Origin: an uncultured virus (IMG/VR IMGVR_UViG_3300037067_011375)
Taxonomy: Duplodnaviria > Heunggongvirae > Uroviricota > Caudoviricetes
Virus record (IMG/VR): IMGVR_UViG_3300037067_011375
Coordinates: 1 to 64,000 of that record
Direction: 5' to 3' (one strand)
DNA: 64,000 nt
The notes below the pieces were generated by a model. The model had not been told where the DNA came from and ran no database searches. It was given only the letters and a program-made list of their open reading frames with translations. The first letter of the stretch is position 1, and the number at the start of each line of letters is the position of its first letter. Made by a program: the position numbers and the translations under genes. Of this stretch, positions 45,700-56,033 are shown piece by piece.

Positions 45700-46509
45700 A
45701 TGATGGCACTTGCACCTGGAGCTTCTCAGCGCGCGAAGCTGGATCGTACGCGCAGTTACTTCGAGCGGGAGACCGAATACCCGCTCGTCACCGGCGTGAA
45801 TTTCACCGAGGAAGGTGAAATCGCCATGGCGGTCAATACCGGGACCGTCGTCCATGCCTCGCCGTCGCTCGGCGCCGCTGTCACGGAGGTTCCGCTCGGC
45901 GTGATCCTCAACGGCACGATCGACGCCGTGACGTTTGCCCACTGGGAGACCGGGACTGTTCCCGCGGGCTTGACCTACACGACCAAGTTCAACAACATCT
46001 CGGCTGACCCGTACAACGCGGGTCCCCCGCAGCTCGCCGACGCCTTCGTCTACAACATCGTGACGGGCGCCGAGATCCCGGTCGTGGCTCCGGCGCCCGG
46101 TGCCGGTTCTTGCTCGATTGTCCTGGCCACCGGGGTCATCACGTTCAACGCCGATCAGTTGAACGTGCGGTTTGGTATTCGTTACCGTTGGGACATGACG
46201 GTCGCGCAGTCCCTGGCGCTTTGCCGCATGAGCCCTTACGGGCGTTCGAGCGAGGCTCTCTACGGCAAGATCAACATCGGCCGTGGTCACGGTTGTCGCG
46301 TGTTCACCACGCAGTACAACGCCAACTCTGTATGGACGCTCGGGCTGCAGACTTACCCCACGGGGCCGTTTGACGCGTCGCCGTGCCTCGGGGTCAACGG
46401 TCTCTGGTCCACCTGCGCGGACAACAACAACGGCACCCCGTTTGGTCGTTGCATCAGCCTTCCGGGCGCCAACGACCCCTACGTCGGGTTCGAGTACAAC
46501 ACCCCGTAA
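45700..46509 (+). CDS. putative head decoration/structural protein, copy 2
   Basis: Shares APGASQR.KLDRTRS, VPLGVILNGTI, GRGHGCR, SPCLGVNGLWST and NDPYVGFEYNTP with copy 1. Confidence 0.6.
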   Translation: MMALAPGASQRAKLDRTRSYFERETEYPLVTGVNFTEEGEIAMAVNTGTVVHASPSLGAAVTEVPLGVILNGTIDAVTFAHWETGTVPAGLTYTTKFNNISADPYNAGPPQLADAFVYNIVTGAEIPVVAPAPGAGSCSIVLATGVITFNADQLNVRFGIRYRWDMTVAQSLALCRMSPYGRSSEALYGKINIGRGHGCRVFTTQYNANSVWTLGLQTYPTGPFDASPCLGVNGLWSTCADNNNGTPFGRCISLPGANDPYVGFEYNTP

Positions 46510-46536
46510 CCGCGGGAAGGAATAAAGGAGTCTCAA

Positions 46537-47652
46537 ATGTCGATCTACAGTTCCAAGCTTGTTAACCGCCGGGGTGAAGATGTCGCCGAGCAGCCCCGGT
46601 ACGCAACCCGGTCCAACGGGACCATCGAGAAGACGGGGTCCGCCCTGACGGACGCCCAGGGCAACTACAACGCCCAGGACCGCAAGGACCTGATCAACGT
46701 GATCAAGACCCTGACGGCCCAGATCGATTCTGGCGACGTGGTTCGCCAGGCGTCGGTGGACGACCAGGCTGTCGCGAAGCTGATCACCGCCGCGATGTCC
46801 CAGAACGACGTCAAGGCCCCGGGGGGCGCGTTCGAGCGGGTCGGCCAGGTCGTGGCCGATATGGTTTCTGAAACGATGGGCCGCCAGATGTTCACCGACA
46901 AGATCCTGGCCCGCAAGGATGCCAAGGAGGGTCTCGGTGTGGTTCCCCCGGTCGAGATCGACCAGATGGACGTGACCGCGTGGCACCTCGTGTCCAACGG
47001 CAACGTGGTCGAGTCGCTCGTTAACCCCCGGTACGTCTCGGCCCAGGGCTTCTGGATCACGGGCCTCATCTACGTGGAAGAGCAGGACCTGTTCTTCGCG
47101 GGTTCCTCGTTCCTGGAGCGCAAGCACCAGCGGGGTCTCGAGGCCATCGGGGTCCGTGAGGACAACGTCACGAAGTTCCTGTTGGACCAGGCCGCCCCGA
47201 TCGACAACGACCTCCTGACGTTCGGTACCTTTACCCCGACTGCTTTCGGCGCTCTCCGTGATCAGGTTTGGGGCTGGGGCCTCAACCCCACGACCGCCCT
47301 GGTGGCCGTGGACCTGCAGCGCGACATCCTGGCGGACTCCGACTGGCACGATGTGTACAGCCCGGTCGAGCAGCACATCCTGTTCCAGGAGGGCAAGTTC
47401 GGCAGCGTGTTCGGTGTGGAAATCTTCACCGACGGTTACCGGCTGGACACCCTCCGGGTGCTTGAGCGCGGCGAGGTCTACATGCTCGGCGCCCCCGCGA
47501 CGCTTGGTGTGAAGATTCCCCTCATTGCCCTCAATTCGGAGCCCGTCAACCAGCACCTCAATGGAATTCCAAAGAAAGGGTGGTGGTTGTCCCAGTACGA
47601 ATCCATCGTACTTGCAAACAGCAAGGCTGTGGCCAAGGGCACCAAGCTGTAA
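46537..47652 (+). CDS. major capsid protein (HK97-like fold presumed)
   Basis: 371 aa, strong RBS AAAGGAG, strongly biased codons, position after protease and decoration genes, G.FGSVFGVEIFTD..GEVY C-terminal pattern, downstream hairpin. Confidence 0.72.
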   Translation: MSIYSSKLVNRRGEDVAEQPRYATRSNGTIEKTGSALTDAQGNYNAQDRKDLINVIKTLTAQIDSGDVVRQASVDDQAVAKLITAAMSQNDVKAPGGAFERVGQVVADMVSETMGRQMFTDKILARKDAKEGLGVVPPVEIDQMDVTAWHLVSNGNVVESLVNPRYVSAQGFWITGLIYVEEQDLFFAGSSFLERKHQRGLEAIGVREDNVTKFLLDQAAPIDNDLLTFGTFTPTAFGALRDQVWGWGLNPTTALVAVDLQRDILADSDWHDVYSPVEQHILFQEGKFGSVFGVEIFTDGYRLDTLRVLERGEVYMLGAPATLGVKIPLIALNSEPVNQHLNGIPKKGWWLSQYESIVLANSKAVAKGTKL

Positions 47653-47700
47653 CCACCGATTGAACCTTTCCTAACCCCTACCTGATTTGTTTATTCATCA

Positions 47701-47727
47701 GAAAGGCCGGCTAATACCCGGCCTTTC
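47701..47727 (+). terminator. perfect hairpin after the MCP gene
   Basis: GAAAGGCCGG-CTAATAC-CCGGCCTTTC. Confidence 0.6.
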
Positions 47728-47770
47728 GCACGAAAAAACAAGTCTAACGACCCAACCAAAGGATTTCCCA

Positions 47771-49075
47771 ATGCGCAAGATTACGGCCAACTACTGGGGT
47801 GAAGAGTATCTCGACGCTGTCCTACACGAGATGGGCGTCGGTGACGGCGACGAATCCCCCGAGTTGCCCCCGGAGATTGACGTGCCCGACGCAGTCATGC
47901 CGGTGGTCCAGAAGCAGTACCAGGAACTCCTGGCCAACGAAGCCCCGGATCCCAAGTATTTCCTGCAGGGGGTGCAGATCACCGTCGCGGATTATTTCGA
48001 CGGCAAGGTTGAGCCCTACACTCGCGAGGCCGACATCATTGCGATCTTGGCCGACGGGTTTGCCACGGAGGAGTTTTTCGGCTGGCGGGGCGGTTCCCCA
48101 GACTACAGTTTCTGGACCATGCACCAGCACGAAATCGCTGATTTGTCCGCAGCCATCGGGGTTGACCCCGATCAACTGTTTGACGACCTGGGCAAGTTGG
48201 CCGTGACGGCAGCAGCGGAAGAGGGTCGAAAGTTGACCCAGGAGATCCGTGACGCCAAAGCCGAGGTAGACGAAAAAATCGTCAATACCGTGGAAGAAAA
48301 CTGGACCCAGCCGATCAATAACATCATCGCGATGTGGACTCGCTATCTGGACCACGAAGTAGAAAATCCCCGCGACGTGACCGTGGATGAACTCGTCGCT
48401 ATGGTGCCGGATTCCGACGAAATCGGCTACGTCCACATGGATTTCATTGACGTGATGGACCAGGTGCTTCCTGGCTTGGCCCGTCAGGTTCTCCTGGCCC
48501 CCGATCCCCGCCAGACCGAAATCCCGTTCCCGAAGCGGCGCGGTCGGCCCCAGAAGCATTTCTACAAGAAGTCGTCGTCGGACCCCACCCTTGTTGACGA
48601 TTTAGTTTCCGACGTGGTAGACGCGGTCCACGCCCATACCAAGGGCAAACCAGTCCACGTCGACGAGACCTACACGTTCGTCTACGGGTTGGTGACCTCC
48701 ATGGTGGAGCAGCTGCCTGACGACCAGGTCGCCCCCTGGGGTAACCGCGACGACTTGATCGCTAGGGTCACGAACACCGCATATGACGAATGGCGACGTG
48801 ATCTTGGCCGCGACCTTCACCGCCATGAACGACCTTTTGGGCGTGGTGGTTTTGGTCGCGGCGGAAACGCCCGTCGCGCCGCCAGCGACGACGATTTGAT
48901 CGAGCGGTACCTCGGGACCGAAGGGCCGGAAGCCTTTGGGTCCATCGAGGAGATCGAGGAATACTTCAAGCCCGAGTCCCTGGATTATATGTTCGGGCCC
49001 GAGGGTGGCCACCCCGACGCCAACGAAGCCCGTGTGGCTGTGACGAGGGCGTGGCAGCAGCGACACGACCAGTAG
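47771..49075 (+). CDS. acidic modular protein with basic linkers
   Basis: MRKITA leader; KRRGR and ARRA linkers between acidic modules. Confidence 0.6.
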   Translation: MRKITANYWGEEYLDAVLHEMGVGDGDESPELPPEIDVPDAVMPVVQKQYQELLANEAPDPKYFLQGVQITVADYFDGKVEPYTREADIIAILADGFATEEFFGWRGGSPDYSFWTMHQHEIADLSAAIGVDPDQLFDDLGKLAVTAAAEEGRKLTQEIRDAKAEVDEKIVNTVEENWTQPINNIIAMWTRYLDHEVENPRDVTVDELVAMVPDSDEIGYVHMDFIDVMDQVLPGLARQVLLAPDPRQTEIPFPKRRGRPQKHFYKKSSSDPTLVDDLVSDVVDAVHAHTKGKPVHVDETYTFVYGLVTSMVEQLPDDQVAPWGNRDDLIARVTNTAYDEWRRDLGRDLHRHERPFGRGGFGRGGNARRAASDDDLIERYLGTEGPEAFGSIEEIEEYFKPESLDYMFGPEGGHPDANEARVAVTRAWQQRHDQ

Positions 49076-49082
49076 GTGCAGC

Positions 49083-52000
49083 ATGTCGGTTAATCCTGAC
49101 AACAGAATCCCCGAGCCTCCATTCACCACCGCAGAAGCCGGGATCATCGGTGACACCATCGGGATTATCTGGGATCAAGTGGATTTCTCGGTGGACCAGT
49201 TTCTGGCCGGGCTCCAGGTAGAGTTGGAACATGGGGCCCGGGATCCCGAGACCGACGTGACCCAGGACGACCCCTACGAAACCGGTAAAATCGCTTGGGC
49301 CCACCTGAAAGAAAAGCCTGACTACTACGAGGGATTAGCCGCGATGGAAAAAGCCAACGAACCTGCTGCCCAGGCTGCCCCCAAGGACGAAGGCGCTATC
49401 CCGATGTCGCCCAACAACATGGTGGCCCCTATGGATTCGACTACCCAGGCGAAGTCCGCTGAAGTCGAGAAGTCAGCGGTGGTGAAGCGTTGCCGCCCCA
49501 CTGATTGCCCCGATAAACCTGACGATGAAAAGCGCTGGTGCCTCTTGACCCACGACGAAAAGAAAGCCTTGAAGTGTGCCCCGACCCGTGAGGAAGCCGT
49601 CAAGCAGGAAAAGAACGTCAACTTCTTCAAGCACCAAGGGACCACCATGGAACCTCGCTACACCATCCTGACCGCCGCGATGATCCTGCGGGAAGCTGCC
49701 CAGGGCCGTGACGTTGACGACATGGATCTCTCGTGGGACTCAGGGGCCATCGGGACCATCACGAAGGAACTGGATTCCGCCGCGATCCGATGGGTCCAGT
49801 CGGATGCGTTTCCCAAGGACGACGAAACCTTCGAGATGCTGGATCCCGTCACGGATGACCGTGCACTCCCGGCCAAGCCCGACGAGTATTACCCGGTGTT
49901 CATCAAGTTCTGCCAGCGGTACGGCTTGGACGTCGAGGATCTGGAAAAGCGTTGGGGTGGCCGGTCCATTGACCATCGGCTTACCGCCGTGGCCCGCGAC
50001 TTTGCCCACAAGATCGTGCCACAGTGCACCGAACAGTCCAGGGTTTGCCAGGATGTTGGCGGTGCCATGGCGTTCACGTTCGTCTCTCGCATCCCTGGCG
50101 TCATCTACATCGCGGCCGAGACGGAAGGCAAGCAGCAGTTCAACTTCAAGCCTCAGTTAACGAGGCAATACCGCGACGACAAGGCCGCCCCGACCAAGCA
50201 GGCTGGGGCCAAGCGTGCTGCCCTGGTTAAGCGAAATCGTGACCTCCGGGTTGCCGTCCTGGTCAACGTCAAGTCCATGTGGAACCCCAAGTTCGCCGAG
50301 GCGTTGCAGCGGAGCCTCACGAACCTGGGGGACGAGCCCGGCCAGCACCCGCTTGACGAGAATACCCTAGAGGCCCAGATCCCCGACACCGAAGTGGCCC
50401 GGGAAGCCCTGAACCTGTACTACACGGTCTGGGCCGCCACGATGGAAACGCTCTACAACTTCGGCAAGAAGGTCGGGAACGAAAATGTCCTGAACGTCAC
50501 GACCGCTAGGTTGTCAGCCGCGATCACGGACCAAGCCTTCGGGGCCAGCAAGTTGATGCCCGAGCCTCCCGCCCAGAATCTCCAGGCGGAGTACAAGCAG
50601 TTCATCCAGATGAACAAGTTGACCAAGGGGTTCGACGTCAACCAGATTGTCCAATGGGCCACCGGGACCGCAGGCAAGACCTACAAGCAATGGGAAAAGG
50701 CCCTGACGGACCGGTGGAAGCAGGAGAAGCCCGCCGATAAGTCCACGGCAACTCCGCCGCCGGTTCCTGGTGGGGCAACCCCTCCTCCGGTTCCCCAGGA
50801 CGCCCGCAAGCAGAAGCAGGGTGCTGTTGCGTCAGTGGACACCGATGAAATGGCTTGGGTCAAGGCTGACCTCGATGCCATCCAGCGTGACATCGACACT
50901 TTGGGTTTGGAAGGTGCCGCCCGTAAGAATCTCGATATCATGACCGCTGCGTTGTCCGAAAATCAGGGTGGCATCAACGAGTACGTGAACAGTTTTTCTC
51001 TTGACGGTTTCACGGAAGCGTTTGCCCGCTGTGGCATGCAAGTTTCCTCCAAGACCAAGGTCAAGACCGCCGCGACCACCCGGGTATATTTTGACGACCT
51101 TGGACTTGTTGCGGTCATCAAGGTGACGCCGGAATCTCAAGCCATCATGGATGAGATGACCCCGCACAGTAAATACGCACTCCTCCTGGGTGACGAGGAA
51201 CAATTTAATGCGCTCAAAGAAGTAGAAGCGGTAGTGCGGAAGCAGAAACTGTCGACTCCGCCCCGTGGAGCCAAGGTGCAGCGCAAGGCCATGGACTTGG
51301 ACGAAACCCGCGCTCTTAAAAATACCATGAAAACCCGCATGGCCGACGAGCCCGCAGGTCTGGGCGGCCCGCTGGACCGTGGTGACTTTCACTACATGAC
51401 TATGGACGACCTTCGGAAAGTCCCGCTCGACCCAATGGCCGGGGACATTGGTGGCGTCAGTACCGTGACGAATCAGTTGCCCCAAGGTGTCGACGATCCT
51501 GACGTTGACCTGGAGATTGTTGACCTGCTCCTGGGCCTTGGGGCCCAGCATGACCCTGACGATCAGTATACCCTCATGACCCCGGTGGGTCCCCTGTACT
51601 GCCGGGTGGGTCACGATGCCCTGTACTGCCGGTTCCGCGACATCGAGGAAGCCCTTGGGGTTGTGGATTGTGACGCCCATTCGGGCGAGTGGAACCAGTA
51701 TTACTTTGACGACGAGTCCCCCGAGAAGTTCGTGGGGCGACTGCGCAAGTTGCTCAACAAGGTCATGGAGCCCCCTGTTCCCATGGTCCAGGTCACGAGT
51801 CCCGGGATGGCCGACATGTTGGGGTTCGACCAGCCTGGTCCTCTGGACCCTGATCTTGGTGGCCTACCGGATGGCCTGGAAGACTTTTCACAGGTCAGGG
51901 GCGCTGGATTCCTCGGGGTCAAGCCCAAGACCAAGAAGCTCCAGAAGGCCGAGGCCATGGCCGACAAGGCCCTGGTACAGATGCTCCAGGAGTTTGGGGC

Positions 52001-53108
52001 CCAGCAGAACCTTGACGCTATGTATGACTGGGAACTTGACACCCCGGTGGGCAAACTGGGCTGCACGGTGCGTAATGGTGAGTTGTTCTGCCGGTTCGAC
52101 AACCCCGAGGCCGCGGCCCTCGTGACCTCGTGTAATCCGTATTCCGGAAAATGGAATTTCCATTACACCGGCAAGGACCCCATGGTTGCGGTCGTGGAAG
52201 CTCGACAGAAAATTTCACGCCTTATGGATCAGGTGGGTCAGCAGCGCGAGACCAGCAAGATCCGCAAGTTTGTTGACAAGTGGAAGGGAGCCAAGGTTAA
52301 GGTTGCTATTCCGCTGGATCCCGACCATGCCTGGGAGCAAAAGATCCAGCAGTCGAGCAAGTCTGGCATGAAGTTTTTCAGCAATGACGACGCCACCTAC
52401 GTGGTTACGCCCAGGGGCACCTCGTGGATCGTTGCGGTCCCGGGTGAACAACTCGAGGAACCCATCCAGATTTCGGCTGTTCCAGAGGACTCGGTCGCGT
52501 TGTCCAGCAACCCTGTGCTGGATCGGTTGCTCACGCGATTTCCCCGGTGGTGCAGGCGCCAAGGGGTTGGCGGTCGCGCAGCGTCGGTCAAGCCCACGGG
52601 CATCCTGCACTCCGCTTCCTTGGGGCTCCAGATTGGGTTCCGTGGGGGTGCAGCCGTGCTGTCCCGGGATGACGGTGCCACCTGGGAGCAGGCCAGCAAG
52701 GTCGATTGGGACCAGGTTCAACTTGATTGCACAGCCCACCGGTGTGAGCAATACCAAGAATGGCCCCAGGAGGTTCGCGCGACGTTCCAGAAACTAAAAA
52801 CGCGCGTAGGGGCTAGGTTAGAATGGTACGAGCCAGGCGAGGGGTGGTATAGCAACGACCGAGGTGCGGAACCAGACGACGTAGATCTACACGACGACGC
52901 CCTTATGCCAGCGGCCGAGGCGTTGGCCGAGTATACACTGCTGGGTGGACTACCTGATGACCCTGCGGGTCAGAGCCGTAAAAAGCACGCTCACGACCGC
53001 TACCAACGCCAACTTGACCTTCTCGCAGAAAACTTTGGTGTGGACCTGCACCGTCGTCATGACCTCCACCAGCGTATCCGCGGGCTGGCCGATCGGTTGA
53101 CCGCGTGA
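49083..53108 (+). CDS. 1341-aa modular protein: N-terminal DUF5661-like domain, many short modules, duplicated CRF..SG.WN domain
   Basis: GLQVELEH...KIAWAHLKEKPDYY; two copies of TPVG.L.C.V....L.CRF.......C...SG.WN; KRA, VKTA, RKA, RMA, KVA and RAA linkers. Confidence 0.65.
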   Translation: MSVNPDNRIPEPPFTTAEAGIIGDTIGIIWDQVDFSVDQFLAGLQVELEHGARDPETDVTQDDPYETGKIAWAHLKEKPDYYEGLAAMEKANEPAAQAAPKDEGAIPMSPNNMVAPMDSTTQAKSAEVEKSAVVKRCRPTDCPDKPDDEKRWCLLTHDEKKALKCAPTREEAVKQEKNVNFFKHQGTTMEPRYTILTAAMILREAAQGRDVDDMDLSWDSGAIGTITKELDSAAIRWVQSDAFPKDDETFEMLDPVTDDRALPAKPDEYYPVFIKFCQRYGLDVEDLEKRWGGRSIDHRLTAVARDFAHKIVPQCTEQSRVCQDVGGAMAFTFVSRIPGVIYIAAETEGKQQFNFKPQLTRQYRDDKAAPTKQAGAKRAALVKRNRDLRVAVLVNVKSMWNPKFAEALQRSLTNLGDEPGQHPLDENTLEAQIPDTEVAREALNLYYTVWAATMETLYNFGKKVGNENVLNVTTARLSAAITDQAFGASKLMPEPPAQNLQAEYKQFIQMNKLTKGFDVNQIVQWATGTAGKTYKQWEKALTDRWKQEKPADKSTATPPPVPGGATPPPVPQDARKQKQGAVASVDTDEMAWVKADLDAIQRDIDTLGLEGAARKNLDIMTAALSENQGGINEYVNSFSLDGFTEAFARCGMQVSSKTKVKTAATTRVYFDDLGLVAVIKVTPESQAIMDEMTPHSKYALLLGDEEQFNALKEVEAVVRKQKLSTPPRGAKVQRKAMDLDETRALKNTMKTRMADEPAGLGGPLDRGDFHYMTMDDLRKVPLDPMAGDIGGVSTVTNQLPQGVDDPDVDLEIVDLLLGLGAQHDPDDQYTLMTPVGPLYCRVGHDALYCRFRDIEEALGVVDCDAHSGEWNQYYFDDESPEKFVGRLRKLLNKVMEPPVPMVQVTSPGMADMLGFDQPGPLDPDLGGLPDGLEDFSQVRGAGFLGVKPKTKKLQKAEAMADKALVQMLQEFGAQQNLDAMYDWELDTPVGKLGCTVRNGELFCRFDNPEAAALVTSCNPYSGKWNFHYTGKDPMVAVVEARQKISRLMDQVGQQRETSKIRKFVDKWKGAKVKVAIPLDPDHAWEQKIQQSSKSGMKFFSNDDATYVVTPRGTSWIVAVPGEQLEEPIQISAVPEDSVALSSNPVLDRLLTRFPRWCRRQGVGGRAASVKPTGILHSASLGLQIGFRGGAAVLSRDDGATWEQASKVDWDQVQLDCTAHRCEQYQEWPQEVRATFQKLKTRVGARLEWYEPGEGWYSNDRGAEPDDVDLHDDALMPAAEALAEYTLLGGLPDDPAGQSRKKHAHDRYQRQLDLLAENFGVDLHRRHDLHQRIRGLADRLTA

Positions 53109-53287
53109 CCCTCGCGCAAGCCATTGCCCTGGCCTGGGTCCAACGGGCCACTATTGACGAGCGTGACGCCCACGCGGTGGCCACCAGCCTGGTCCAGGAA
53201 ATCAAGTCGATCAAGCGGGAAATCCGCGACGAAATCCGTCGGGCCAGGAAACTGGGGGCGGATCGCTACCAAAAGGAAGTGTTGTGA
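53105..53287 (+). CDS. small hypothetical protein
   Basis: GTGA overlaps on both sides. Confidence 0.5.
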   Translation: MTLAQAIALAWVQRATIDERDAHAVATSLVQEIKSIKREIRDEIRRARKLGADRYQKEVL

Positions 53288-54138
53288 TGCAATCCAAGTC
53301 TATGCTTCGAGGAACCCGCAGGGTTGCCGCGGCCCCCGAGATGCCCATTGAGTTTTTTAACGCGTACGTGGAAGCGGCGCTCTGGAGCACCACCGACAAC
53401 TCCGACGAGCAAGGTGGTGAACCCCTGGACCAGAACTACTCGGTTGACGACATTGCCGACGAGTCGTTGGCCGCGATGGAGCAGGATTGCCAGGCGTTCT
53501 GGCAGGCCAACCACGAGGACCTTGGGCAGTATCGTGACCCGCAGTACAGCGCCGCTGAACTTGGTGGCCATGATTTCTGGCTGACTCGGAATGGCCACGG
53601 CGCTGGTTTCTGGGATGGCGATTTGCCCGATGACGTAGGCAAGCGCCTGACCGAGGCCGCCAAGGCATTTGGAGAGGACGACCTGTATGTCGGGGACGAC
53701 GGCAAGATCTACAACTCGGCTACGCCGCACCAGTACAACGAAGCCCTTGACCAGCAGCCCGAGTGGGTCAGGGGTGCTGGAGTGCGCGGGGATAAGGCAG
53801 TAAACCGCTCTAAGAATAAGCGTATCGTTCAGACTATGGACGACATTAAAACAGCGTTGGTCCAGATTGGCTACACTCATCGGCAACAGGGTATCGCGGA
53901 CCAGTACCAGCAAGAAGTGTCCGACGTTGACTCTGAGGTCAAACGGTTAACCACGGTGTTCAAGCAGCATGGACTGGTGGGGTTCCATAATCGGGAGGAT
54001 GACCCTGCGGTCACGACTTGGCATTTCGACAGTGCTGGTGCCCAGCGTGGATTTGGTGCCAAGGTCATGGTTTATAGCGATCAACCCAACCTGGTCCTGG
54101 TCAACGTCATGGATTCAAATTCGGTGAGGTCCTGGTAG
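53287..54138 (+). CDS. phage protein with GHDFWLTRNGHGAGFWD domain and LRGTRRVA leader
   Basis: RBS AAGGA; basic leader, acidic domain, second module. Confidence 0.65.
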   Translation: MQSKSMLRGTRRVAAAPEMPIEFFNAYVEAALWSTTDNSDEQGGEPLDQNYSVDDIADESLAAMEQDCQAFWQANHEDLGQYRDPQYSAAELGGHDFWLTRNGHGAGFWDGDLPDDVGKRLTEAAKAFGEDDLYVGDDGKIYNSATPHQYNEALDQQPEWVRGAGVRGDKAVNRSKNKRIVQTMDDIKTALVQIGYTHRQQGIADQYQQEVSDVDSEVKRLTTVFKQHGLVGFHNREDDPAVTTWHFDSAGAQRGFGAKVMVYSDQPNLVLVNVMDSNSVRSW

Positions 54139-54141
54139 AAA

Positions 54142-54564
54142 ATGCCCCATTATAATCCACGGGCTGCGATCCACCCGGTGTACCCCAAGGTTGTGCCAGA
54201 CGAGTTCAACCCCGGATACCACTCGGTCATGACCCCTACCCACCATTACCGGAGTGTCCCCCAGGGCGACGTCCCGGTGCTGTTGCAGCATTTGCACGAC
54301 ATCGAAAACTATGACGGGCTTCCTACTGATTTTAGGGTCCGGTACACCACGGGGACCGGGAGCAACGCGGCCGGCACCGAGTACGAACAGTGGCCCGGTG
54401 AACCCACCGAGGATGCCATCCGGGCCCACGTGGGCGACGAGATCGATTGGCCTGGTGGCCGCGCCGAGGTCGTCGGGATTTACCGGGACATCGACGGTGA
54501 CATTGACCAAGAAGGCAATGTCGCGTGGGTCACGTTTATCGTGCGGCCTGTGGGCCAGAGGTAG
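54142..54564 (+). CDS. hypothetical protein
   Basis: RBS GAGG, packed ORF. Confidence 0.55.
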   Translation: MPHYNPRAAIHPVYPKVVPDEFNPGYHSVMTPTHHYRSVPQGDVPVLLQHLHDIENYDGLPTDFRVRYTTGTGSNAAGTEYEQWPGEPTEDAIRAHVGDEIDWPGGRAEVVGIYRDIDGDIDQEGNVAWVTFIVRPVGQR

Positions 54565-54567
54565 AAG

Positions 54568-54894
54568 ATGTCCAGGTTCAGGATTGCCCAGCCCGACCCC
54601 GACGCGATGCCGCTCCTGCAGGTGGGCGACTCAGTCGGGACCCCAGAGGGTCAAGGGATTGTCGTCAATATCGCGCTGCAGATCGCCGACTACCAAGGGG
54701 ACGTCCAGATCGATCCCCCGGCTATCCTGATCCAGTTGGAATCAGGGCAAACCCAGCAGTTTTGCCTGTGCGAACTGGACTTTGGGTCGGAAGAAATCAA
54801 CGAAACGGTCGGGAAGGAATTTTCCCGCCTTTGGCCCCCGATCGACATGGATGTCCCGGATGCCGCTGTTGTCCTGGCGGCCCGGAAGGAATAG
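54568..54894 (+). CDS. acidic hypothetical protein (MSRFRIA leader)
   Basis: RBS GAGG. Confidence 0.6.
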   Translation: MSRFRIAQPDPDAMPLLQVGDSVGTPEGQGIVVNIALQIADYQGDVQIDPPAILIQLESGQTQQFCLCELDFGSEEINETVGKEFSRLWPPIDMDVPDAAVVLAARKE

Positions 54895-54896
54895 CG

Positions 54897-56033
54897 ATGC
54901 TCCCTGCAGTTGGAACCAAAATCAAGACGCTCGAGGGTGTTGACCTCGGTGGTGGTGCTGTGGTCCAGCGGGTGGGTCCTGGTAAGACCACGCTCCTGTT
55001 GACCGACCAAAACCGTATCGTGACCTACCGGGTGCCCGACGATATCGCGTGGGCCCCAGACGACCAACTTGACGCCACTGGGCTGGACGACACCGTCGTG
55101 GACGAGTCAGCTCAGGATTTCGGCCCTGCTACCAAACGGATCACCCGGCTCCCCAAGCAATGGGGGCCCGCAGACCCGAACCATTTTTCCCCGATGTCCG
55201 ACGTGACCTGGCGACCCGAACAGTGGGACCAGCGGTATCTCCGGCGCTGGTACAGCAAGGAAATCGAAATGCCCAAACAATCGGTTGACTATCTTCGTGG
55301 AACCCGCCGGACCGCTATCAAGGACACCACCGCGGCCGATTCTCACGCAACCATGGACCTTGTTCAATGGGACCCTGAAGGTGCTGACCAGAAGCCTGCT
55401 GAACTGGAAGCTTTGGCCCTACAGTTCCGCCAGGACCTCGATGCCCTCACGATCGAGTGGCATCCCCAGTTCGGCCGGGGCAACAATGTCAGCCCCTCAG
55501 AGTTCATGCTGGTCTGGGGCCCTGACCAAGAGTTGGCTCCGGGTCAACAAGATGAACTCTGGCGCTTTATGGTCTCGGCCAAGATGTACGATGTCCGCGA
55601 GTATCAGGCGTGGAAACGACTGCGTTCCAGTGACCAGTGGCTCCGGAGTGAGTTGCCCAGGGCAGCCAGGACCGCCGACACCCTGGTGCAGCACCCTGGC
55701 CCCATGGAGATCGACGTCGAGGACTGGTTCGACGACATTGATCCTTGGGTAGACTGGCTGGCCCGCTTTGACTCGTTTGACCGTGCAGTCCAAGTGGCCC
55801 ACAAGGTCGCGGCAGAAGAGGGAGCAGTGCTGGCCCGGGATGTCTTCCAGTACGCCCAGAAGGTCGTGCTGGACGCCAGGGACCGCTACCAGGAGGGCAC
55901 TCTGGACCTGGACCCTGGCCAACTCGTCAGGCTCAACCAGTACCTTGCGGAGATGCACCTGGACCCCGTGGAAGGCCCTGACGAGACCCGTGGCCAGGAC
56001 CTTGCTGACATCAGGCAGGTGTGGGGCAGGTGA
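54897..56033 (+). CDS. modular protein with RRTA and ARTA linkers (possible internal start at 55269)
   Basis: RBS AAGGA at both candidate starts. Confidence 0.6.
   Translation: MLPAVGTKIKTLEGVDLGGGAVVQRVGPGKTTLLLTDQNRIVTYRVPDDIAWAPDDQLDATGLDDTVVDESAQDFGPATKRITRLPKQWGPADPNHFSPMSDVTWRPEQWDQRYLRRWYSKEIEMPKQSVDYLRGTRRTAIKDTTAADSHATMDLVQWDPEGADQKPAELEALALQFRQDLDALTIEWHPQFGRGNNVSPSEFMLVWGPDQELAPGQQDELWRFMVSAKMYDVREYQAWKRLRSSDQWLRSELPRAARTADTLVQHPGPMEIDVEDWFDDIDPWVDWLARFDSFDRAVQVAHKVAAEEGAVLARDVFQYAQKVVLDARDRYQEGTLDLDPGQLVRLNQYLAEMHLDPVEGPDETRGQDLADIRQVWGR

Noticed and set aside
45607..47556. 649-aa minus-strand ORF (also 36980..38365, 23434..24690, 39618..40976)
   Set aside because: Antisense shadows of GC3-biased + strand genes; no recognisable motifs
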